Of a DNA stretch of 64,000 bases, positions 37,817 through 47,677 are shown piece by piece. How positions within the stretch are numbered: the first letter of the stretch is position 1; the number at the start of each line of letters is the position of its first letter. The notes beneath the pieces are model-generated. The model was not told the origin of the DNA and made no database searches. It saw only the letters and a program-made list of their open reading frames with translations. A program made the position numbers and the translations under genes. Source of the DNA: Candidatus Methanomethylophilaceae archaeon (GTDB lineage Archaea; Thermoplasmatota; Thermoplasmata; Methanomassiliicoccales; Methanomethylophilaceae); NCBI GenBank assembly GCA_944320495.1, contig CALUHR010000003.1, positions 139,313-203,312 of the forward strand, written 5' to 3'.

Positions 37817-39297
37817 GCCAGGAGCTTCATCTGCCATGATACCGCCATCCTGATCCTCATCATGAGCGTGCTCCTGCCGTACTCCTCGCAGGAGTACTCG
37901 GTGCTCCTCTCCAGGTCCGCCAGGAACTGGTCCGCCGCCTGGGCGTTGAGCCTGCGGGAGTACATCATGACGTTCGTCTCGAAGTTCAGGGTCAGGGACC
38001 TGTGGTCCAGGTTGGCCGACCCCACGGAGACGCACATGTCGTCCATCAGGATCATCTTCTCGTGGACGAAGCCGTCGTTGTATCTGAAGACCCTCACGCC
38101 CGACTTCATCAGCTCGTTCGCGCAGGTCAGATTGTTCCAGAAGAGGAAGATGTGGTCCTTCTTGTCGGGTATGAGTATCCTGACGTCCACCCCCGACCTG
38201 GCCGCGTTGGCCAGGGCGACCATCATCGAGTCGTCCGGGGACAGGTACGGGGTGGTAACGTAGAGGCGCCTGCGGGCGTTGACGATCATCGAGAGGTACT
38301 GCATCTGGACCGGGTTGTTCGGCATGGTGTCCGGACCGCCGGAGACGAGCTGCATCCTGTCCCTGCCCCCGGTTCCGGCGAAGTCTATGTCCATGTAGTG
38401 CTCCACCGGGCGGAGCGGATCCCTCTTGGCGCAGTACTGCCAGTCGGCGCAGAAGCGGATCATCATCGGCAGGATGCCCTCGCCGACCACCTTCACGGTC
38501 GCGTCCCTCCAGTGGCCCAGCGGCCCCTCGCCGCGGTACTCGTCCCCGATGTTGAAACCTCCGCAATAGGCCATGGAGCCGTCGATGATGGCGATCTTCC
38601 TGTGGTTGCGGTTGTTCTTCTTCGGGCTGAGGAGCAGGTTGAGGGAGGAGTGGAAGGTGGCGTAATGGCCTCCAGCGTTCCTGAACCTGAAGATGCCCTC
38701 CTTCGGACCCTTCCCGATGCCGAAGGCGTCCGTCAGCAGACGGACCTCGACGCCCTCGCGGACCTTGGATATCAAGAGGTCCATGAGCGCGTTGCCGTCG
38801 TGGTCGTTGCGTATGATGTAATACTCGATGAGGATCGACTTCCTCGCGTTCGCGATGTCCCTCATCATGTCGTTGAACAGCGGCTCCCCCTCGGTGTACA
38901 GGGTGATGTCGTTGTTTGCGGAGTACGGCCATGCGCCTGCGTTCTCCAGGGACTTGGCCATGTGGAAGATGTCCGCCCTGTCCGGATGCGCCGCGTAGTC
39001 CTCCTCGATGCGACCCCTCTGCCACTGGTAGGCCCTCATCATCTGGGTGTCGGTGATGTTCTTGGGGGTGAACCTGTAGCGGTTGTAGAACGTCGCGCCC
39101 ATGTAGAGATACAGGATGAAGCCCACGGGCGGGAGGAAGATCAGCAGGATCAGCCAGGTCACGAACACGCGGGGATCGTACTTCTCGAGGAAGAGCATGA
39201 TGAAGATGGCCACTATGTCCAGTACGACGAAAAGCATGACGAGGTCCGAGAACACGTTGGTCACGGACAGTACATCATCGACGGTGACCTCTTCCAC
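37813..39297 (-). CDS. cls: Cardiolipin synthase (PLD family)
   Basis: Two HKD motifs (RNHRKIAIIDG, HEKMILMD), two N-terminal TMs, GSANLD.RS..LNFE. Confidence 0.92.
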   Translation of the reverse strand: MEEVTVDDVLSVTNVFSDLVMLFVVLDIVAIFIMLFLEKYDPRVFVTWLILLIFLPPVGFILYLYMGATFYNRYRFTPKNITDTQMMRAYQWQRGRIEEDYAAHPDRADIFHMAKSLENAGAWPYSANNDITLYTEGEPLFNDMMRDIANARKSILIEYYIIRNDHDGNALMDLLISKVREGVEVRLLTDAFGIGKGPKEGIFRFRNAGGHYATFHSSLNLLLSPKKNNRNHRKIAIIDGSMAYCGGFNIGDEYRGEGPLGHWRDATVKVVGEGILPMMIRFCADWQYCAKRDPLRPVEHYMDIDFAGTGGRDRMQLVSGGPDTMPNNPVQMQYLSMIVNARRRLYVTTPYLSPDDSMMVALANAARSGVDVRILIPDKKDHIFLFWNNLTCANELMKSGVRVFRYNDGFVHEKMILMDDMCVSVGSANLDHRSLTLNFETNVMMYSRRLNAQAADQFLADLERSTEYSCEEYGRSTLMMRIRMAVSWQMKLLA

Positions 39298-39430
39298 GCC
39301 CGACCATCCTGGAATGAATATAAAGACGATTCCAATTTAAATCCATATTGGATTATACATCCAATCATGTCACACGTTTTCCGAAGAACCCATCAAGAAG
39401 GTTTTTAACGAGGAGGGGAGACGACCGGCC

Positions 39431-40711
39431 ATGCGTTGCGGCGAGTGCGGCAGGGAGATCGAGGACGGGTCCAGATACTGCCCGTGGTGCGGTGCAACAT
39501 CCTCCTTCATCCCCTCGGACAGGAGAAGTGGCAGGAAGCGGACAGCCATGCTGGCGGCATTCGCCGTGGTAGCGCTGGTCATCGTGGCGGCGTTCATCGC
39601 CTCCATGGACTACGACAGGACCGATGACAGGACCCTGAACCCTCAGACCCAGCCCGACGGCGGATCCACGGTGGTATTCACCGATGGAGTCTACTACGTC
39701 AGCGGCGAGGATGCGGGCCTCTTCGACTTCGAATTGACCGAAAGCGACGGGGTCAGACAGCTCGTCGTCACCCTCGACGAATCGGTCGCATCGCAGTACG
39801 GCAGCTTCACGTGGTACGTCAATGACGAGAGCAAGTGGCCGTGGGGGTACCAGCAGATCGAGAAGACGGAGCCCGTGCTCTACTGGACCCTGAACGATGA
39901 CACCGTCGGCGATTTCAGCGTCGGCGTGGTGTGCAGGGAATCCTCCGACTTCCCGTCGTTCTTCCCCGTCGGCGGCACGGAGTACTCGGTCGACGTCTCC
40001 ATAGACGGGACCTACATCCAGCAGTACTCCTGGACCCACCAGGGGAAGTCCTACGAGCTCTCGGTCGACTACACCTACTCCGACTTCATCGAGGTGTCCG
40101 GATCCAGCGGTGCGAGCCTCGCCAAGAGGATGGGGTACGGCAACGGGACCTATTCGGTCGTGACCGACTTCATCACCGTGGACGAGACCGTCACCGAGAT
40201 GGAGAAGGGCCTCTCTGAGCTGTATCTGGGCACCTACGGCGCGATGGACGCTGCCGGATACACGGAGTTCGTCCTCGCCTTCGTCCAGACATGCTTCGGA
40301 TACACATACGACAGCGTCCTCTACGGACAGCAGGAGTACTACGCGTTCCCCCTGGAGACCATACACAACGGGGGAGGGGACTGCGAGGACACATCCATCC
40401 TGTGCGCAGCGCTCTACGAGGCCGCCGGATACGATGCCGGCGTGTTCATCATCCCCGGCCACGCGATCGCCGCGGTGGCCCTGGACGGATTCACCCCAGC
40501 CGAGACCTCCGTCACGACGGTGTCCGTGTTCAGCTTCGATATGGACGGCAAGACCTACTACGGGTGCGAGACGACCCTCGACTACAACACCTACGGCATC
40601 GGCTGGATCGGCAGCGAATACGCCATCGCCGCGGACGGCACCGTGTACTGCGAGGGGGAGGCCTACAGGGACCAGGGCTACGGGCTGTACGTCGTCAGCG
40701 AGAAGGATTGA
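39431..40711 (+). CDS. Zinc-ribbon/TM-anchored transglutaminase-like protein
   Basis: N-terminal CGECG...CPWCG, then a TM helix, then GDCEDTSIL.AAL...GYD...PGHA. Confidence 0.8.
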   Translation: MRCGECGREIEDGSRYCPWCGATSSFIPSDRRSGRKRTAMLAAFAVVALVIVAAFIASMDYDRTDDRTLNPQTQPDGGSTVVFTDGVYYVSGEDAGLFDFELTESDGVRQLVVTLDESVASQYGSFTWYVNDESKWPWGYQQIEKTEPVLYWTLNDDTVGDFSVGVVCRESSDFPSFFPVGGTEYSVDVSIDGTYIQQYSWTHQGKSYELSVDYTYSDFIEVSGSSGASLAKRMGYGNGTYSVVTDFITVDETVTEMEKGLSELYLGTYGAMDAAGYTEFVLAFVQTCFGYTYDSVLYGQQEYYAFPLETIHNGGGDCEDTSILCAALYEAAGYDAGVFIIPGHAIAAVALDGFTPAETSVTTVSVFSFDMDGKTYYGCETTLDYNTYGIGWIGSEYAIAADGTVYCEGEAYRDQGYGLYVVSEKD

Positions 40712-40886
40712 TCCAAACCCCTTACCGGCCGTCCGATGGCCGGGCCCATCATCTTATCTTCACGTCTTACCTGTATAGACTCCTCACATCTATTTGAATC
40801 TATGATTTTTCCTCATGATTCAATCGTCTAATCATCTTGTTTTCTGCCAGATATCCGTCTAAATCATCGTCTCCGAATCATTTTCT

Positions 40887-40932
40887 ACAATATTATACAA
40901 TAACTCACAATAAAATACATTAAATAACAAAA
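40887..40932 (+). repeat. Five ACAATA-like hexamers phased every 10 bp
   Basis: ACAATA at 40887, 40897 and 40907, ACATTA at 40917, ACAAAA at 40927. Confidence 0.75.
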
Positions 40933-40970
40933 GAGGCATCTCTAAATCACAACGAAAGAGAGAGGCGGAG

Positions 40971-41918
40971 ATGTACAGCCCAACGTTCGAAGAATCCAGG
41001 AAGTACGCATCCGAAGGATACGGCGCGATTCCGGTGTCGCGCACGATCCCGGCGGATGTCAGGACCCCGATCGAGACCCTCAGGGCGCTCATGCGCGAGG
41101 ATTTCATCATAAGGGTCCATAAACTGCTTGGCATGGTTCTCGAAGAAGCCAAGCGTAAAGGGATCATCGAAATCAACGTTGTTCGTGAGAGAATGCGCAC
41201 CCCCAGACATCCACGGAAATCGAAGTTGGAAGAAGACAAGAAGGCGCTCAAACCCGAGGATGTCATTGAAATCGTCCGTTGTCTGGATGAGGAGCCGATT
41301 ACATGGCGTTGCATCCTCTATACAATGGTCATCACCGGTGCTCGCAGAGGTGAAGTCTGTGCCCTGACTTGGGACAGTCTGGATTTCAAAAACAACAACA
41401 TCTGGATAGACAAGGCAGTCAGACGGATGCCTCACGAAGAGTTAATCATCAAGGATCCCAAGACATTCAGTTCGGAAAGAATCGTCTACATGACTCCGGA
41501 CCTCAAGAATCTGTACGATCTCCTGAAAAAGACGCAGGGAGGACCAGCATCGGGCTTCATCTTCAAAAATCAGAGGAATCCCGAAATGCCAATGCACCCA
41601 GATTCCATCACGTCCCATCTGAAGACGTTCAGCAAGAAACATGGGATGGAGTTCTCTCCGAAGATGCTGAGAGCGTCCTTCGTATCATTCCTGATAGCAA
41701 CGCTTCATGTTGATCCTAGAACCGCACAGGACATCGTAGGACACTCGTCCATTGAAGTCACTATGGGCATCTACGCACGTTCTAACAACGGATCCAGAGA
41801 GCTTGCACAAATTGAGATGGAAGAGTATATCCGCAACATGGTGGCGAGGAGTTCCGACGATGAATTGAATGCTCAAAATCATCCCTCTCAGGCAATATCT
41901 TGTGAAGAGTCAGAGTAA
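40971..41918 (+). mobile_element. Chimeric ORF: TrpE N-terminus (~44 aa) fused in frame to a tyrosine integrase catalytic domain
   Basis: MYSPTFEE...AIPVSRTIPADVRTPIETLRAL resembles the start of anthranilate synthase component I. From about 41100 the sequence is AT-richer and carries TGARRGE, PKT, MLRAS, GHS and IY integrase motifs. Adjacent to the tRNA-Thr 3' end. Confidence 0.8.
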
Positions 41919-42008
41919 CGTTTTTCCCTGATTTTTCCCAATTTTGCCTTTAGAGTTGGAAAAAAGCAAGTAGAAACCTCTCCATATTTAAAGAGCTTAA
42001 ATAAGGTA

Positions 42009-42083
42009 TGGAGCCGCCTGAGGGATTTGAACCCCCGGCCTGCTGATTACAAGTCAGCCGCTATACCCCTAAGCCAAGGCGGC
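42009..42083 (-). tRNA. tRNA-Thr (TGT)
   Basis: GCCGCCTTGGCTTAGGGGTATAGCGGCTGACTTGTAATCAGCAGGCCGGGGGTTCAAATCCCTCAGGCGGCTCCA. Confidence 0.97.
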
Positions 42084-42213
42084 ACTGAGACCGCCGATGT
42101 CGGCATCGTTTAAATCCGTTTGCGCTGGATTCTCCGATTGTCTAATCGTTACCGACACCATTATATCAGAAAAAGCGTTGGGCGCGTTTAATTTAAATTA
42201 AAGGTGAATCCAA

Positions 42214-42906
42214 ATGGCAGACACCAAGAAGCTCTTCCACATCAACTACACCGCCTCCTTCGCCGACACCGAGAAGATGTTCGACACCAACATCGAGTCC
42301 GTTGCCAAAGAGAACGACCTCTACAACGAGAAGGTCACCTACGCCCCCATGCCGTACATCACCGGCTCCAAGATGTTCTTCCCCGAGGTCGACGAGGCCA
42401 TCGCCAACGGAGAGGTCGGAAAGGAGATCGAGATCACCGTCCCCTGCGAGAAGGCCGCCGGAGCCAGGAACCCCAAGAACATCGAGCTCCACGCCCTGAA
42501 GGACTTCTACAAGAACGAGATCAACCCCTACCCCGGCATGCCCGTCTCCCTCGGCAACCGCACCGGAGTCGTCATGTCCGTCGGAGCCGGCCGTGTCAAG
42601 GTCGACTTCAACAGCCCCCTCGCCGGCCACGACATCACCTACAAGGTGACCATCGTCGACGAGATCACCGATGCCGTCGAGAAGGCCAAGGCCATCATGG
42701 GCATCCACTTCACCGCCGCCGACGACTTCGGCTACGCCGTCATGGAGGACAAGGTCGTCATCACCGAGGCCGACGTCTGCAAGTTCCACGAGTCCTGGCC
42801 CATCGCCAAGTACTCCCTGGTCAGCGACTACCGCAACGTCTTCGGTGTCGACCGCGTCGAGTTCGTCCAGGTCTGGGAGACCGCCAAGAAGCCCGAGACC
42901 GAGTGA
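42214..42906 (+). CDS. Long-type archaeal FKBP peptidyl-prolyl isomerase
   Basis: FDTN, GKE.EITVP.EKA.G.R, GRVKVDFNSPLAG..I.YKV. Strongly biased, high-expression-type codon usage. Confidence 0.92.
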   Translation: MADTKKLFHINYTASFADTEKMFDTNIESVAKENDLYNEKVTYAPMPYITGSKMFFPEVDEAIANGEVGKEIEITVPCEKAAGARNPKNIELHALKDFYKNEINPYPGMPVSLGNRTGVVMSVGAGRVKVDFNSPLAGHDITYKVTIVDEITDAVEKAKAIMGIHFTAADDFGYAVMEDKVVITEADVCKFHESWPIAKYSLVSDYRNVFGVDRVEFVQVWETAKKPETE

Positions 42907-42913
42907 TTCTCAA

Positions 42914-42951
42914 CCAGGGGCCTCCGGGCCCCTGGCCCCAAACACCTTGAC
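42914..42951 (+). terminator. Hairpin plus AAACACCTT tail
   Basis: Perfect 9-bp stem CCAGGGGCC-TCCG-GGCCCCTGG. Confidence 0.7.
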
Positions 42952-42977
42952 CTTGATTTCTGAAAAATTAAAACGGC

Positions 42978-43406
42978 TCACTCCTGCGTGAACCTGACAT
43001 CCGAGACGGGACCCTTGCGCAGGGCCCCGTTGATCTCGGATTCCATCCTGTCCGCGAATCTGCCCTCGTACACGACCTCGATACTCCGCAACCTTACGGA
43101 GTCCATCGGCAGAGGTACGTTGCCCCCACAGCCCGTGTACGCATCCAACATGTTTGACAGCCGCTCAACGGCCTTCCTGACCCTATCGGGGACGGTCCCA
43201 TGCTCCGGCGACATCCTGATCTCGAGACACTCCGAGCGGAGAATCTCATCCATGACGTCCGTGAACTGATCCTCTATCTCGCATCTGCCCTTGTGATCAG
43301 TCAGGCACTTGACGCAGCCCCTGCATCTGCGTATGCGAAGGGTACTCAGATCCGCATCGCAGGGCTTCCCCGGGGAATCCGCGAGCACGAAGCGTTCACC
43401 GTCCAT
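42978..43406 (-). CDS. Flavodoxin-like/iron-sulfur flavoprotein-related protein (short)
   Basis: L.I..CRGC.KC......C.IED....VMD.I, an Isf-type Cys motif. Confidence 0.6.
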   Translation of the reverse strand: MDGERFVLADSPGKPCDADLSTLRIRRCRGCVKCLTDHKGRCEIEDQFTDVMDEILRSECLEIRMSPEHGTVPDRVRKAVERLSNMLDAYTGCGGNVPLPMDSVRLRSIEVVYEGRFADRMESEINGALRKGPVSDVRFTQE

Positions 43407-43467
43407 GACCGGTGGATGGTTTCCCGCGATATCTTCATTTCCATGGCAGCACCGCATCCGGACCGCT

Positions 43468-43614
43468 TCAGTCGAAGTACGCGAGGATTGAGTTGATCCC
43501 GCTGTTGGTGTTCACGTTCCTGGATCCGCGTCCGGCGGGACGCCTGCGGAAGTCCCTCTCACTGAAGCGCTGGGTGGGCTTGGGTATGATCAGTGTCTGC
43601 TGGTAGTATGCCAT
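43468..43614 (-). CDS. 48-aa basic small protein
   Basis: MAYYQQTLIIPKPTQRFSERDFRRR...; upstream AGGAG and a TATA-like TTATTATA. Confidence 0.5.
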   Translation of the reverse strand: MAYYQQTLIIPKPTQRFSERDFRRRPAGRGSRNVNTNSGINSILAYFD

Positions 43615-43680
43615 TTCCGTTCTCCTGCGGCCGTCAGGGCCGCGATATGACATTCCCCGGACACTATAATAACTGCTGGC

Positions 43681-43725
43681 TGTAATCTTGGTAATACTTG
43701 TAATATTAGTTAATTCTGTAATTCG
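43681..43725. repeat. Five 9-bp tandem units containing GTAAT
   Basis: TGTAATCTT GGTAATACT TGTAATATT AGTTAATTC TGTAATTCG. Confidence 0.75.
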
Positions 43726-43794
43726 CATGGATTGACAGGATATGGCTCACGCTGGGGGAATCTGAACGAAAGAAGAATGTCCGGGAACCGGATG

Positions 43795-44646
43795 TCACTC
43801 GTCGGTGTAGAAGGTCCCGATGATGTTGCGGCCCTCGTCGGTGAGCACGTAGCGGGAGCGGCGATCGTCCTTCTCCGCCCAGCCGAACTTCACCCATTTG
43901 GATATGAAGTCCCTCTGATAGTACACGGCCTCGGTCTGCCTCTGGTTGGACTTGATATCCTTTCCGCGGGATTCGGTATCCCTGTACCAGAGACCTGCCT
44001 CCTTCAGGGCAGCGACCATCTTGCCGCTGGTGACCGAGTCTCCGGCATCGTTCCTCTGGCTGAGGATCCTGAGACCGCGGACCAGATGCTCCTCCGGCAT
44101 CTCTATGACATAGCTGGGGAGCGTGCGAGGATCGTATGTGGACTTGGTGAGCCCGACGGGCTTCCCGTCCAGATAGTACACTTCGGGTATCCTCTCGGTG
44201 GGGACGGTGTACTCTTTCGATCCCACTGAGAACGGAATCGTGCCCGGTACCATCATGGACGCGATGGCCGAGGCAGCGGCATATTCCGGCGAACCGGCGG
44301 AGATATTGACATAAATCTCGCAGCCGTCCTCAGAGGAGTTCTCTTCCTGGATGATGGAGAGGACCGTGCGGAGCATCGTGGAGAAGTCGCTGACGCGCTC
44401 GTTGTGGTCGACGATCTCTATCGGAAGAGGGGACTCATTCTCGAGCAGCTCCTTGACGCGATTGCAGAAACTGTCGTAGACCTTTCCGCTCTCAGAGGCC
44501 GGATCCTTCACATAATGGATTATGTGGACCTTGTTGACCTCGTAGTAGAGAGATGGCTCCACGACCTTCGAGGTCTCGAAGGTCACGCATGCTACCATGA
44601 TCCTCTTCTTGCGGCCAGACGGCAAAGTACATCCCGATTTGAGCAT
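43795..44646 (-). CDS. DUF6293/HFX_2341-like regulator (CARF-like domain plus wHTH)
   Basis: ACVTFET..VVEP, KVHII, IYVNISAGS and a C-terminal winged-helix end (GW.EKD.RRSRYVLTDEG). Confidence 0.65.
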   Translation of the reverse strand: MLKSGCTLPSGRKKRIMVACVTFETSKVVEPSLYYEVNKVHIIHYVKDPASESGKVYDSFCNRVKELLENESPLPIEIVDHNERVSDFSTMLRTVLSIIQEENSSEDGCEIYVNISAGSPEYAAASAIASMMVPGTIPFSVGSKEYTVPTERIPEVYYLDGKPVGLTKSTYDPRTLPSYVIEMPEEHLVRGLRILSQRNDAGDSVTSGKMVAALKEAGLWYRDTESRGKDIKSNQRQTEAVYYQRDFISKWVKFGWAEKDDRRSRYVLTDEGRNIIGTFYTDE

Positions 44647-44920
44647 GAAACTAATGATATAAATAACTCTCATTACAGGAAGAACTTGGATAACGAGCAT
44701 TATCCATCAATCACATATTACGAAGATAACTTGCGATAGTTTAATAATATGGAGAGAAATCACTGTGCCAGTACCTCTCCCCGAGGTGCCAAGGGTAGCC
44801 CCATCCCAAGGAGCGGCTCATGAAAAGCAGGCCGGGGATCGAATCTTTTCGCATCTCCATCCATCAGATTCCCGGCCGACCCAAATCCTTATATCCAACA
44901 TCGTTATCGCTCGTCTCAAC

Positions 44921-44998
44921 GGACGGGTGGCCTAGTCTGGATATGGCGGCAGCCTCCTAAGCTGCAAGCCGGGGGTTCGAATCCCCTCCCGTTCGCCA
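44921..44998 (+). tRNA. tRNA-Arg (CCT)
   Basis: Acceptor GGACGGG/CCCGTTC, arm GCAGC-CTCCTAA-GCTGC, GTTCGAATC, encoded CCA. TTATAT at 44889. Confidence 0.96.
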
Positions 44999-45427
44999 TT
45001 TATCCCATCATATTGCGACCAGCGTGAGTTCTGCACCCTCAATCGCTACGAACAAGGATTCATCGTCACGCATGTACGCACAATGCTGGCAACACGCACC
45101 TTAGTACAACCGAGGACGGCATTGTGCATTGAGATTCCTGGATCAAGCTCATTGGGATCGACCAGACGGTAGTCGCCGAAAGTAACCTCTCTGACAAACA
45201 CCGCGACATTCCCGGCCCCATCATTTAGCCGTGACAGAAGAGAGGAATCGAAGTGCCAGACTGCGCAAGTAGGACACGCCCTGCCGCATCCCCATAGAAT
45301 ATGTGTCTCAATATAGACAACATATGTCACATCCTAACACATCTGGTCGTAGACAAACGCATTGTCGGATTCCTATTATATGCCATATCGAGGGATAGCC
45401 AGATAACCAGAACATCCGGTTGGTATA

Positions 45428-47677
45428 ATGGAAAAAAGGCAACTGATAGCGATCGTCGCCGTCATGTCGGTGATATGCCTCCTGGGGACATCCCTGTGCA
45501 TATCATCCGATGTGGAGGCTGATGACGGAAGGACCCTGATAGTCGAGACGAGTCCAGACTTCGCTCCCTTCGACTACCAGGTCGGCAAGGAATATGCCGG
45601 CATAGACATGGACATAGTCCGTGCCGTGTGCAACGACATGGGATGCAAGGTCGAATTCAGGACCAACACCTTCGACTCCATCCTCATGTCCGTGCCGTCC
45701 GGCAAGTGCGACATCGGCGCATCCGGTTTCAGCATCAACCCCGACAGGGAGAAGCAGGTCGATTTCTCGCTCCCCTATGCGGAGATCAACCAGGTGGTCG
45801 TCGCACCCAAGGACACGACCATCCAGACCAAGGAGGATCTCGAGGGGAAGATCATCTCTGTCCAGAACGGCACCACCGGCGCTGACTACGCGGCGGAGCG
45901 CTACTCCACTAGCAACATAAAATTCCAGAAGACGTACTCGGACGTCCTCCTGGATCTGAACACCGGCAAGGCCGATGCGGAGATCGTCGACAGCACAGTC
46001 GCCCTCGCCCAGTGCGCGGCGAACCCCAACCTCACAGTCCTCGACATCCTCGACGACTCCCCCGTCGAGCAGTATGGATTCATCTTCTCCAAGGAGAACA
46101 CCGCTCTGCGCGACGAGTTCAACGAGTCTCTCCAGCACATCATGGACAACGGTCTGTACGACATGATCATGGAGTACTACGAGGACAACGGATACTCCGC
46201 TGACACCCCCTCGTTCTTCACCACCAAGGGCACCCTCGTCGTCGAGACCAGCCCCGACTTCCCGCCGTTCGACAACATGCACGGCCAGGAGTACGTAGGC
46301 ATCGACATGGACATCATGAGGGCCATCGGGTACCAGATCGGCTACAACATCGAGTTCAGGCAGAACACCTTCGACTCCATCGTCCTCTCCGTCCAGCAGG
46401 GCAAGTGCGACGTCGGGGCCTCCGGATTCACCATCGACGACGACAGGAAGGAGCAGGTCGACTTCTCCACCCCGTACGCCGAGATCCACCAGGTCCTCGT
46501 CGTGAAGGAGAGCACGAATATCGAATCCAAGGAGGATCTGAAAGGCAAGACGGTCACATCCCAGCTCGGATCCAGTGGAGCCCAATACGCGACTGATCAT
46601 CTTCCGGGCACCAACCTGGTGGCGCAGAAGGACTACACCACCGCGCTGCTGGACGTCATCAGCGGCAAAGCCATCGCCGAGGTCGTCGACAGCACCGTGG
46701 CCGAGGCCCAGGTCGCCGCGAACGACGGACTGAAGATCCTCGACATCCTCGACGACGCCGAGACCGAGTACTACGGACTCATCTTCCAAAAGGGGGACAC
46801 CGCGACCTACAACCTGGTCAACGACGCCCTTGAGAAGCTCATCGAGAACGGCACCGTCGACAAGATCATCAACTACTACTCGTCGCACATCGGCGAGGAC
46901 GTCGCCTCATTCTACAGCGGAGATGCCGCCAGGGATGACACGGACGGAGACGATACTGACAAGGACGACGAGGAGGAAGAGGACGTCGGATGGTGGCAGG
47001 AGCTCAAGGACCGCTTCCACAACGACTTCCTGAAGAACGACCGTTACCTGTACATCTTCGAGGGTCTGAAGAACACCCTCATCATCACCGTCATTGCCCT
47101 CATCATCGGTCTGATCATCGGGTCCGTGGTCGCCATGGTCCGTAGCACCCACGACATGACGGGGAAGCTGAAGATCCTCAACGCGATATGCCATGTGTAC
47201 ATCACGGTCATACGCGGGACCCCTGTGATGGTCCAGCTGCTGCTGATCTACTATGTGGTGTTCGCCACGTCGGACCAGGGCATATTGATAGCATCGGTGG
47301 CGTTCGGAGTGAACTCGGGAGCGTACGTGGCCGAGGTGGTCCGTTCAGGCATAACCGCCGTCCCGAAGGGACAGATGGAGGCCTGCAGAAGCCTCGGTAT
47401 GAACAACAGGATGTCGATGACCAACGTCATCCTCCCGCAGGCGATCAGGAACATCACACCCGCCATCGGTAACGAGGGTATCTCCCTGCTCAAGGAGACC
47501 TCCGTCGCCGGTTATATAGGACTCATGGACCTGACCAGGGGAGCGGACATCATCAGAGGACAGACCTACGACGCGCTGCTGCCGATCCTGGTCGCTGCCG
47601 CCATCTATCTGGCCATAGTCCTCGTGCTGACATATGTGATCAGAAGAGTCGAGAAGAGGTTGAACGATGCCTACTGA
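45428..47677 (+). CDS. Polar amino-acid ABC transporter: two substrate-binding domains fused to a permease
   Basis: Two copies of ETSPDF.PFD...GIDMDI..A, an acidic linker, then a GlnP-type permease ([20 protein letters not shown]). Confidence 0.93.
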   Translation: MEKRQLIAIVAVMSVICLLGTSLCISSDVEADDGRTLIVETSPDFAPFDYQVGKEYAGIDMDIVRAVCNDMGCKVEFRTNTFDSILMSVPSGKCDIGASGFSINPDREKQVDFSLPYAEINQVVVAPKDTTIQTKEDLEGKIISVQNGTTGADYAAERYSTSNIKFQKTYSDVLLDLNTGKADAEIVDSTVALAQCAANPNLTVLDILDDSPVEQYGFIFSKENTALRDEFNESLQHIMDNGLYDMIMEYYEDNGYSADTPSFFTTKGTLVVETSPDFPPFDNMHGQEYVGIDMDIMRAIGYQIGYNIEFRQNTFDSIVLSVQQGKCDVGASGFTIDDDRKEQVDFSTPYAEIHQVLVVKESTNIESKEDLKGKTVTSQLGSSGAQYATDHLPGTNLVAQKDYTTALLDVISGKAIAEVVDSTVAEAQVAANDGLKILDILDDAETEYYGLIFQKGDTATYNLVNDALEKLIENGTVDKIINYYSSHIGEDVASFYSGDAARDDTDGDDTDKDDEEEEDVGWWQELKDRFHNDFLKNDRYLYIFEGLKNTLIITVIALIIGLIIGSVVAMVRSTHDMTGKLKILNAICHVYITVIRGTPVMVQLLLIYYVVFATSDQGILIASVAFGVNSGAYVAEVVRSGITAVPKGQMEACRSLGMNNRMSMTNVILPQAIRNITPAIGNEGISLLKETSVAGYIGLMDLTRGADIIRGQTYDALLPILVAAAIYLAIVLVLTYVIRRVEKRLNDAY

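Noticed and set aside
40971-40977. TGTACA (TrpY TRP box) at the TrpE-like start
   Set aside because: A single copy that arises from the codons ATG TAC A; no paired boxes.
43681-43725. Possible CRISPR array (also considered for 40887-40932)
   Set aside because: Units are 9-10 bp and contiguous with no unique spacers, and no cas genes are present. I found no CRISPR array in the window.
44765-44880. Hairpins upstream of tRNA-Arg (GTACCTC/GAGGTGC; GGCCGGGGATC/GATTCCCGGCC)
   Set aside because: No recognisable RNA family or promoter context, and short GC-rich stems can arise by chance.
45000-45420. AT-richer segment after tRNA-Arg with ORF 45046..45330
   Set aside because: May be an insertion scar, but no integrase, att repeat or recognisable domain supports a call.
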